DNA of 64,000 nt from Methanobacteriota archaeon. GTDB lineage: Archaea > Thermoplasmatota > Thermoplasmata > SG8-5 > JAGLSY01. The first letter of the stretch is position 1. Each line of letters starts with the position of its first letter. Positions 1-7,654 of this stretch are shown here, piece after piece. The stretch is taken from positions 64,001-128,000 of the forward strand of contig JAEHCO010000001.1 of assembly GCA_020697715.1 (NCBI GenBank), in the 5' to 3' direction. The notes beneath the pieces are model-generated. The model saw only the letters and a program-made list of their open reading frames with translations, did no database searches and was not told the origin of the DNA. The translations under genes were made by a program, and so were the position numbers.

Positions 1-2660
1 TTTATGACATCCGATACTTCATCGGCATAGGATGTGAACTTATTCCAGTCACTGAAAGCTCCGTCTATCGAGATATCTCGTGTGTCACCATTATTCATAT
101 TCTCGGTGAATATCGGCACATAGAGTATCAAAGATATCACAATGACAATGGATAAAAAGCCGATCTTCCACCTACGTGCTTTTTGACGATTCCTTCTCAA
201 TATAGCCATATCCTGCTTTCTCTCAACCAAGGAATCACCATTTATGAAACCATCGCCATTAACTATGCCAGAGCCGTTGACCAGGCCATTCGTTAACCCA
301 TTGGTCAAGCCATTGGTACGACCTTGACCATTTGTGATTCCATTCGTCCTACCCTGCCCATTCGTTAACCCATTGGTACGGCCTTGACCATTGGTGAGAC
401 CGTTCGTTCTTCCCATACCATTTGTAAGGCCGTTCGTCCTACCCTGGCCATTAGTTAATCCATGGGCACCACCTTGACCATTGGTCAAACCATTTGTCCT
501 ACCTTGACCATTGGTAAAGCCTTGAGCATGACCGAATTTCCTTCTCATCTTTTCAGAAAGTTCAAGATCATTGGAATGGGATATCTTCTCGGCATCCACA
601 TCGTATACCAGAGAATCCAATATGGACTCCAATTCTTCTTCCGTATAGTCCTCTTCTTGATCGTCCACACACTCATCCTGATCGATGACCTCGAATGACT
701 GGTCATCATCATCGTCCTCATCATCTAAATCAAATTCAAGGGAATCAAGAAGATCCTGCATCTCTTCATCTGACTCGACCTCATCCATATCCGTATAGCC
801 CAATTCCAATGGATCTTCAATTATCTCTCCATCTAAACCGAAAATAATGGGAGTTGGAGCAGTATCCGGCTCATCAGTCTCATCAAGATCAAGAACAAGA
901 GATTCGAGAAGATCGTCCATGTCTTCATCTGGCTCATCTTCAAGGATTAGCTCGGGTTCATGTTCAATATCATCTTCAAACTCTTCACCCTCAAGATCCA
1001 GACCCAATTCTGCCAGGTCGTCCAATCCATCCAATTCCAATAAGAGCCAGTCCTCTTTGAATGCCTCATCAGAGCCCTGGTCAAGATCAGATATATCGTC
1101 ATCATCGTGCTCGACCACCTCGATCCTTTCCAGCTCTTCATCCTTCAATTCCAATAATTCCAGGGAGAACATCTCGTCCTCCAATTCAGCCATTTCAGAT
1201 CTGAGGATATCGTCCTTCATCATGCCCTTCTCTTCGATCTCCATCTGCTTACAGTTCGGGCATGAACTGGAATCTCCCATAACGAAGGTGCCGCAGGACT
1301 CGCAGACCGTGAACCCTATGGTTGGAACTGTCTCGAGAAGGTCTATTTCCTCTTCAGGGTCCTCATCCGGTTCATCCAGCTCCCTGGATAATACCTCATT
1401 CACTTCCTTGGACAGGACATTCACATCTCCGATCTCATCCTCCAGATCACCCAGGGAATTGATGATGGCCTCATCCAGCTTGAATTCCTTCATGTCTATG
1501 ACATCGTCACAGTTCGGACAGCTTTCTGCCCCACTGCCCAGGAATGCTCCACAGGATCCGCATATACCAATATCTAGATCCGGGGCGGTCTCAAGCCTAT
1601 CCACCTCTGGTTCATCCACCAGGTCCATTTCCAATATCTCATCGATCTCGGAAGATAGCATCTCGCCACATTTGGGACACGTGTCCACATCCCCCTCCAC
1701 AAATGTCCCGCAGGAACTGCACATTTGGAAATCGATCTCCGGTATCGTCTCAAGGAGATCGTCATGCTCATCTGCCAGTTCATTGCCCAATGCTTCTGCG
1801 GTGATATCTTGACTGAATATCTCACCACAGACCCCGCAATCCTCGGATATGGAGCTGATCAATGCACCACAACTCGAGCATCTGGATAATATCTCATCAG
1901 TTACATCATCCTCATCTTCCTCCACCGTGGTGTAACATATTGGACAGACCGCACTGTGCTCGTTCAGAAATGCTCCGCAGTTCCCACATAGGTAAAATTT
2001 GATATCAGCAGCATCTTCGCCAACTGAAAGCCCCAGGAAATTGATTATGTTCTCGATCGCGCCTTTCTCATCCAAGATAAGATCCGAGGTCGAAATACGA
2101 GTGCCAGTAATGGAGCCGACATCGACTGGCTGACCCAATTGAACATGCATCCGATTCACAATATCATGGTTCACGAAACTGGGAGAGATGACATGAACGG
2201 ACGTGATATCCTTATCCTGCATCTTGCTCATGTTCTTTCTCATGAAGTCCATCGCGGAATCAGGTCCGAAGATATCCGCCGATTGCTGAAGAATATCGGT
2301 TATGAACACGATATTTTCTCTTCCCTCGGTCATTTTCAGGGTCTTGTTCACGGCCATATTGACATTCAAAAGAGCCCTGGCGCAGAGTAATAGATTATTA
2401 TCTTCCTCAACCCCGATCACTTGAGATATCTGGTAGGAGAACCAGTCTATCACGAAGAGCTGGTCCTTTTCCCTCAGACCCTGCATCTCCGGACCCATGC
2501 TCTCCAGGACATCGATCAATTCCTTTCCCGAAGAAGTGGCCACAAGGGCGATGATGGTCTTACCCTCATCCACATATTTCTCAATAAGGTGGGCCATCGA
2601 CAGGTAGGTTTGTTCCTCCAGGGCCATAACGGCAAATGATTCGGCTTTTTCTCCGGGCAT
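1..2660 (-). CDS. Large multidomain single-pass membrane protein, 3' end beyond window: degenerate KaiC/RAD55-like domain, five CxxC-x10-CxxC zinc ribbons, Asp/Glu-rich linker, GLTNGQGRTN repeats, TM helix, start of ectodomain
   Basis: Absent from the ORF track because there is no stop in the window. Hand translation from ATG 2660 (GGAG upstream) gives MPGEKAESF...VIDWFSY...CGNCGAFLNEHSAVCPIC... The same frame near position 1 reads ...ARRWKIGFLSIVIVISLILYVPIF...ISIDGAFSDW. The acidic middle was only spot-checked. Confidence 0.88.
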   Translation of the reverse strand, partial: MPGEKAESFAVMALEEQTYLSMAHLIEKYVDEGKTIIALVATSSGKELIDVLESMGPEMQGLREKDQLFVIDWFSYQISQVIGVEEDNNLLLCARALLNVNMAVNKTLKMTEGRENIVFITDILQQSADIFGPDSAMDFMRKNMSKMQDKDITSVHVISPSFVNHDIVNRMHVQLGQPVDVGSITGTRISTSDLILDEKGAIENIINFLGLSVGEDAADIKFYLCGNCGAFLNEHSAVCPICYTTVEEDEDDVTDEILSRCSSCGALISSISEDCGVCGEIFSQDITAEALGNELADEHDDLLETIPEIDFQMCSSCGTFVEGDVDTCPKCGEMLSSEIDEILEMDLVDEPEVDRLETAPDLDIGICGSCGAFLGSGAESCPNCDDVIDMKEFKLDEAIINSLGDLEDEIGDVNVLSKEVNEVLSRELDEPDEDPEEEIDLLETVPTIGFTVCESCGTFVMGDSSSCPNCKQMEIEEKGMMKDDILRSEMAELEDEMFSLELLELKDEELERIEVVEHDDDDISDLDQGSDEAFKEDWLLLELDGLDDLAELGLDLEGEEFEDDIEHEPELILEDEPDEDMDDLLESLVLDLDETDEPDTAPTPIIFGLDGEIIEDPLELGYTDMDEVESDEEMQDLLDSLEFDLDDEDDDDDQSFEVIDQDECVDDQEEDYTEEELESILDSLVYDVDAEKISHSNDLELSEKMRRKFGHAQGFTNGQGRTNGLTNGQGGAHGLTNGQGRTNGLTNGMGRTNGLTNGQGRTNGLTNGQGRTNGITNGQGRTNGLTNGLTNGLVNGSGIVNGDGFINGDSLVERKQDMAILRRNRQKARRWKIGFLSIVIVISLILYVPIFTENMNNGDTRDISIDGAFSDWNKFTSYADEVSDVI
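312..521 (-). repeat. Coding tandem repeat, 7 x 30 bp (10 aa, consensus GLTNGQGRTN), decaying into GLTN/GLVN units down to ~240
   Basis: GFTNGQGRTN GLTNGQGGAH GLTNGQGRTN GLTNGMGRTN GLTNGQGRTN GLTNGQGRTN GITNGQGRTN; copies differ mostly at synonymous sites. Confidence 0.92.
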
Positions 2661-2688
2661 TTTTTCTCCATTTTTTTATGATATTTGG

Positions 2689-2740
2689 ATCATCAAATTA
2701 TGATTCTCATATCATCAAATTAAGATCCTAAGATCATCAA
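2689..2740. repeat. Three ATCATCAA direct repeats at 22-bp period in the spacer after the KaiC-like gene
   Basis: atcatcaaatta at 2689 and 2711, atcatcaa at 2733 (overlaps the stop codon). Confidence 0.6.
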
Positions 2741-3456
2741 TAAATTGTCTCCTGGCTATCTATTTCGATCCCATCGCTCATGATGAGGAAGGGATGTTTG
2801 TACGGATCATGGCGGGCGAACCTCATCTTGTAGATCGTTATCGTGCGCCTGTACTCGCCCTCGACATTCTCATAATCCAGTACGATTATTGAATCTGAAA
2901 TGAACTGCTCGATGCCGAATCTTGTTTCCCCGCTCTTATTGGCCTCGGTTATCAACACGGTCGTCAGTTCATGGTCCTTCAGAATACGACAGAATCTGAA
3001 TAATTCCCTTCTGAACTCGTCGATATCACTGTAGTACAGGCCGACAGCGGAAATGGAATCTATGAGCAATCGCGTTGCTCCTGTTTCTTTCACCGTCTGG
3101 ATAATGAAATCCAGCAGATTTCTAAGACTGACTATTCCGAGATCCACATCCTCCGCCAGATCGATATCCTTCCTCATCTCGCCAAAATCCACAAGCTGGA
3201 TGTCATTAGAACCATGATATTCATCAAAGTCCATTCCAAAGGCCTTGGAAGCCCGTAGTAGATTCTCCCTGCTCTCCTCCAGGGTGATGAACAATCCCTT
3301 CTCCCCATGCTCAGTGAATCCCTTGAATATGAACTGCATTCCGAACAGTGTCTTTGCACTTCCAGCAGGTCCGGATATCAAGTTGATAGTTCGCTCGGGA
3401 AATCCCCCGCCTGCAAGTTCATCCAAACCGCTTATTCCTGTATTTATTATTGTCAT
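2737..3456 (-). CDS. Single-domain KaiC/GvpD/RAD55-family RecA-like ATPase
   Basis: TGISGLDEL.GGGFP, Walker A GPAGSAKT, ITLEE, Walker B LLIDSIS, KMR finger. Confidence 0.92.
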   Translation of the reverse strand: MTIINTGISGLDELAGGGFPERTINLISGPAGSAKTLFGMQFIFKGFTEHGEKGLFITLEESRENLLRASKAFGMDFDEYHGSNDIQLVDFGEMRKDIDLAEDVDLGIVSLRNLLDFIIQTVKETGATRLLIDSISAVGLYYSDIDEFRRELFRFCRILKDHELTTVLITEANKSGETRFGIEQFISDSIIVLDYENVEGEYRRTITIYKMRFARHDPYKHPFLIMSDGIEIDSQETIY

Positions 3457-4163
3457 TTTTCCACCTCTCTGTCTTTGATCGAATATTTTTCATTAATTAA
3501 TTTGTAAAGGGAGGAATTGGAGCCATCCCCATCTATTTTCATATCTTTAAAAGCCCTGGCCAGTGAGATGTTCACAAGGGATATCAGCGACGATCTGCCC
3601 AATGCATTTTCCTCGAGCTCAAGTACTCGAGCAATTATCTGCAAGTGATCCAAACCATCCATCTTATCAGATGAGCCAGGCGGTGTAATTGCCCCGCCTG
3701 GCTCATATGTGTCGATGCACGTTTCCAGATAATTCATCACATCATATTCCAGCTCCAGATCCTTCTTCCAGGATCCGAGAAGTGATCCCATGGTATTACC
3801 AGTGAACCTCATAAGACGCTGGGAGAATTCGCATAAGAAAACCATGGAAAGATGGAGATCATTATCCTTCTCCATCTCACCCTGGCTACCCAATGACCTA
3901 ATATCGATATCATAGAATATCCTGGAATTCTTTATATCATATTCCAGGGCGCTTCGTGTCTTGCCCTTTCTTGTTCTGGATTCCAGCACGCCTATGGACT
4001 CGAGGTCCTGTAAATGCTTAACTGCAGTTGCCACGTGCATGTCCAGACCATGAGATATCTCGGTAGCTGTTGACCAGCCGCGGTCAACAACTACCGAAAT
4101 AATGTCCAGCGACCTCTCCCTGCCCAATATGGAGAGGCTTGTTTGAAGTTCTTTCTTGTTCAT
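3453..4163 (-). CDS. ArsR-like winged-HTH regulator with unknown helical C-terminal domain
   Basis: STATEISHGLDMHVATAVKHLQDLESIGVL wHTH; ATGA overlap with the KaiC-like gene. Confidence 0.8.
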   Translation of the reverse strand: MNKKELQTSLSILGRERSLDIISVVVDRGWSTATEISHGLDMHVATAVKHLQDLESIGVLESRTRKGKTRSALEYDIKNSRIFYDIDIRSLGSQGEMEKDNDLHLSMVFLCEFSQRLMRFTGNTMGSLLGSWKKDLELEYDVMNYLETCIDTYEPGGAITPPGSSDKMDGLDHLQIIARVLELEENALGRSSLISLVNISLARAFKDMKIDGDGSNSSLYKLINEKYSIKDREVEK

Positions 4164-4330
4164 ATTATCCCCTTCTTTTTCAGTTGCCAGTTTCTTATCG
4201 CGCTCAGATATTTCATTAAATATAAAGTATTAATAAGATATTATAGGCTATTTGAAGTATTATTAATAAAGGTTTGGGATAACTTTAGTTCGGTTGAAAT
4301 ATCTAGCAGCAAGACATTTGTATTCGAGCA

Positions 4331-4547
4331 TGCCCCGTCTGGATAATTCATTGATAATTTAATAGGGCGGGGTACTATATTCGATGTGCTAGCGAGTGAC
4401 AGTTGCGATGTGCCAGTAGAAAGATAAACTCCTCGCTTTCGAACGCGAGGAGTCAAACCAAACCCTGCCCCGATCTATTTTGCGTTAAATGCGCAAAATA
4501 ATAGTTCGAGAAGCAAAGCAATTCGAACTATGAAGCAGGGGCGGGGT
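4331..4547 (+). ncRNA. Candidate structured non-coding element (five stems)
   Basis: Stems 4331-40/4365-74, 4428-36/4445-53, and 4462-71/4538-47 enclosing 4476-84/4492-4500 and 4501-09/4523-31; non-Watson-Crick pairs are G-U on the + strand. Confidence 0.45.
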
Positions 4548-4687
4548 CCTTATCCACACCCAACATAGCATACAGTGCACCATGTGGATTGGTGAAATAT
4601 ACACCAGTTAATGATCCCTACGCCTGCCTGATGAAAGCTAACAAAACTGCAAAACCTTTAATTCACTTGAGTGTATTGGGCGCCTTA

Positions 4688-5068
4688 ATGGCTCAGACAA
4701 TAAGCAATATCGACAGGCTCTTGACCCACTTCAGGAAGAACACGGACAGAGTTATTTCCATGCAAGCCCTCTCTGAAAAGATCATGGTAGGCGAGGACGA
4801 ACTCCAGGATGATCTGAAAAAGATGGTCGGAGGGGAGATGGTTTACGAGATCGGAGAAGGAAGATACATGCTATCTAACAATTCCGAACTGGTAGCCTAT
4901 GAAATATTCCGAGACATAGCTCCGAATATATCATTCGAGGAATACGTCAAGTACAAGGATGAGGAGCATGTGTTGATGAGGATGTCCAGAGACAGGAATG
5001 TAGTCATGAGCTCCAATATCGAAACAGATGAAGTCGAGGTCAAAAGAAGGGGGAATCACCTTCGTTAA
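4688..5068 (+). CDS. Small winged-helix protein (start reassigned to ATG 4688)
   Basis: IDRLLTHFRKN...ISMQALSEKI...ELQDDLKKMVGGEMVYEIGEGRYML wHTH pattern; TATA-like TTTAAT ~30 nt upstream of 4688. Confidence 0.65.
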   Translation: MAQTISNIDRLLTHFRKNTDRVISMQALSEKIMVGEDELQDDLKKMVGGEMVYEIGEGRYMLSNNSELVAYEIFRDIAPNISFEEYVKYKDEEHVLMRMSRDRNVVMSSNIETDEVEVKRRGNHLR

Positions 5069-5369
5069 TCCCCGATACAAGGGCAATAGAAAAGAGTCCC
5101 GCACTCAGAAAAAGACCTACGTGCCTAAGAAGAAGAGGCTGAACCTCAGGAAGATCGAGGAGTTCAAGTTCGAAATGGCCGATGTCCTCGAAGGACTGGC
5201 TCCTAATCTCGAAGGTACGATAAAAGGTTCGATAATCGCCAAAGCGGATAAGATCGATATAAATGCCGCGATGGATTTCGTTCTGGAGAAAGAGAAAGAA
5301 GGACTTCTGAACGCGGACCAGGTGAAGAGACTGGGGCGTATTCTCAATCACTACAGTTTTTACAGGTAA
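5028..5369 (+). CDS. Hypothetical protein, basic N-terminus and helical C-terminus (start uncertain)
   Basis: Coding-like composition; overlaps the upstream gene. Confidence 0.65.
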   Translation: MKSRSKEGGITFVNPRYKGNRKESRTQKKTYVPKKKRLNLRKIEEFKFEMADVLEGLAPNLEGTIKGSIIAKADKIDINAAMDFVLEKEKEGLLNADQVKRLGRILNHYSFYR

Positions 5370-5475
5370 TAGGACCATTGTTGAAATTAAAGACTTCACA
5401 ACCTATTATTGAATCATTTAAGGCCCATGGGTTACTAGCAGTAAATATGTGGAAATATTCAAAGAGTAAGCGGTT

Positions 5476-5585
5476 GCCGTAAACCTATCAAAGTATCAGT
5501 AAATGAACGCAGAGTTTTTGACTCTGCGAATTGAGGTTTATGGCCTATTCTGGGAACTTTCAGGATCTTTAGAGCCTGATAGTTC
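5476..5585 (+). other. Structured intergenic segment (nested hairpin plus a second hairpin)
   Basis: gccgtaaacct/aggtttatggc (5476-86/5534-44) enclosing cgcagagt/actctgcg (5508-15/5521-28); gaact.tcagg/cctga.agttc (5554-64/5575-85). Confidence 0.4.
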
Positions 5586-5617
5586 ACATGCAATGTTTTT
5601 AATTTACCATTCCTTAT

Positions 5618-6745
5618 GTGGTCGGGATGATCACGATATCTGGGTTGATATACAAGGATCGAAGGTTCGAAGAGGGGCACATTATTGTCTCCGATAATGG
5701 ATATGAGATCAAACCAGGCATAATGGAAGGAGCTGATCATAATGGTATCATAATTCCGAAGTTCATCAACTGCCACACACATATCGGTGACTCCGCGATA
5801 CCGCGACCTCCAAAAGGCACAGTGGAGGAGATCGTGGGGCCACCGGATGGCTACAAGCATCGGATGTTGAGACAGACCTCGGAAGAAGATATTGTCCAGG
5901 GCATGAGGAAAAGCATCAGGATAATGGAAAGCAATGGTATTGGCAGGTTCATTGATTTTAGAGAAGAAGGGATCAAAGGAACCAGACAGCTTTCCAAGTC
6001 CATGGAAGATGAGACATATTCGGATCATGATGGAAGGATAAAATGCGACATCTATGCCCGACCGGAAAATAATGTGTTCGACCAGGATGAGATTGATAAT
6101 TTATTGGAGGTATCGACCGGCCTGGGTATCAGCGCCATATCCGACTGGGACTATGATGAATTGAAGGCAGTGGGCGAGTATGTGGCGGGTGAAGGACAGA
6201 CTTTGGCACTGCATGCGAGCGAAAGATCAAGGGAGGATATTGACAAGATACTTGATCTGAAACCTAAGTTCTTAGTTCACATGATCCATGCGAGTGATGA
6301 TGATCTAGCCCTGTGTGCGGATGGAGGAATTCCCATCATCATATGCCCGCGATCCAATGCCTTCTTCGGTACGACCCCCCCGATCGAAAGGATGTTGGCA
6401 GCGGGGATCGACATATGCCTGGGAACTGATAATATGATGTTGGTGGAGCCAGACATGTTCGGGGAGATGGAATTTCTCCGGAATTCCATTTCCAATAATA
6501 CCAGCAATCACGGCATGGATCAAGGCATCGATCAAGGCATGGATTATACAGTGGGCGATGAGAAGTTATTAAATATCATGTTAGACAATAGTAGAAAAGT
6601 ATTAAATTCGAATCCAGATATAGGGGTCGAACCCTGGGGGCAGGATGGATTCATTGTAATAGACCGGCCAACTGAGAGACCAGCGAGCCAAGTGATCGGT
6701 TCTTCCCCAAAAGATATCCGCTTCATGTGGAGATCACAGAGTTAA
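5618..6745 (+). CDS. Metal-dependent amidohydrolase/deaminase
   Basis: NCHTHIGD, LHASE, VHM, LGTDN metal ligands. Confidence 0.88.
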   Translation: MVGMITISGLIYKDRRFEEGHIIVSDNGYEIKPGIMEGADHNGIIIPKFINCHTHIGDSAIPRPPKGTVEEIVGPPDGYKHRMLRQTSEEDIVQGMRKSIRIMESNGIGRFIDFREEGIKGTRQLSKSMEDETYSDHDGRIKCDIYARPENNVFDQDEIDNLLEVSTGLGISAISDWDYDELKAVGEYVAGEGQTLALHASERSREDIDKILDLKPKFLVHMIHASDDDLALCADGGIPIIICPRSNAFFGTTPPIERMLAAGIDICLGTDNMMLVEPDMFGEMEFLRNSISNNTSNHGMDQGIDQGMDYTVGDEKLLNIMLDNSRKVLNSNPDIGVEPWGQDGFIVIDRPTERPASQVIGSSPKDIRFMWRSQS

Positions 6746-6807
6746 GAGCCACAGATGATATTGTGGTATTCGAATGATCGAGATCCATACCAATTGGAGG
6801 TGAGGAA

Positions 6808-7650
6808 GTGAAAATAAAAGAGCTAATGACAACGAACCCAATCGTTGCAGAACTGCCTGGCAACAGGACAGACGTATTGAGACAGCTTGTGACAGAGAAT
6901 AAAACTGGAGTTCCAGTGATCAAGGCAAAGGAAGGAACTCTTATGGGCTTTGTGACAAGGCAGGACATCACCAGAAAGCCAGAAGAAGAACAACTGGCTT
7001 TGATAATCAATAAGGAATATCCCACGCTCGAGCCAAACGATGATATAATTGAAGCAGCTGAATTGCTACTCACTCATGATCTACATCACCTTCCAATAGT
7101 CAAGAATGACAAGCTGGTGGGTATCATCACCCCTGCAGATTTTCTCCAAATAATAGAGGAGATGGAGCTTAAGACACACGTGGAAAATTTCGTCAGAACC
7201 CCTTGCGTACCGGTTTACGAGGGATCGCCACTTCCGGCTGTCGACACAGTATTCAGAGTGGCTGGCCTGGTGGCCGCGCCAGTCCTTGATGGGCATGGAA
7301 AGCTCGTAGGACTTGTCACGGACAGGGACATGTTCAATCTCTCGACCATCAATGTCAGCGCGGCCGTGTCCGCACTGGGCCTAGGAGAGGATGAAGATGA
7401 ATGGAGCTGGGAAGGCCTCAGGAACATCATGAAATTGTATTTCGATGTAAGGCGAATAGAATTGCCAAGCATTCCTGTAAAGGATGTGATGATCAAGGAA
7501 CCTCGAACCGTATTCAGAAAGACATCGATCAGCGAGGCCGCACGGATCATGAAGAAATACGATTATGGACAATTACCAATAAGGGATTCAAAGGACAAGC
7601 TCGTGGCGATGATATACGAGCTCGATCTCCTTGAAGCCATGCTACCGTGA
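6808..7650 (+). CDS. CBS-domain protein (four CBS repeats)
   Basis: GVPVI..LMGFVT.QD, HLPIV..LVGIIT.AD, APVLD..GKLVGLVT.RD, QLPIRD; SD GGAGGTG 5 nt before GTG. Confidence 0.9.
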   Translation: MKIKELMTTNPIVAELPGNRTDVLRQLVTENKTGVPVIKAKEGTLMGFVTRQDITRKPEEEQLALIINKEYPTLEPNDDIIEAAELLLTHDLHHLPIVKNDKLVGIITPADFLQIIEEMELKTHVENFVRTPCVPVYEGSPLPAVDTVFRVAGLVAAPVLDGHGKLVGLVTDRDMFNLSTINVSAAVSALGLGEDEDEWSWEGLRNIMKLYFDVRRIELPSIPVKDVMIKEPRTVFRKTSISEAARIMKKYDYGQLPIRDSKDKLVAMIYELDLLEAMLP

Positions 7651-7654
7651 TACC

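Noticed and set aside
847-1812. 321-aa Ser-rich + strand ORF
   Set aside because: Antisense shadow of the Asp/Glu-rich minus-strand gene 1..2660
2737-3456. Calling the ATPase a circadian KaiC or RadA/RadB
   Set aside because: Single domain, lacks the ST phosphosites, no kaiA/kaiB nearby; motifs fit the archaeal KaiC-like/RAD55 family
4200-4430. Possible replication origin (AT-rich tract plus GCCAGTAGAAA, ORB-like)
   Set aside because: Single weak match, no repeated ORBs or G-string, no orc1/cdc6 nearby
4589-4687. N-terminal extension of the 4589 ORF, and a hammerhead-like CTGATGA at ~4628
   Set aside because: The region contains a TATA-like box for ATG 4688; the hammerhead stems and GAAA could not be formed
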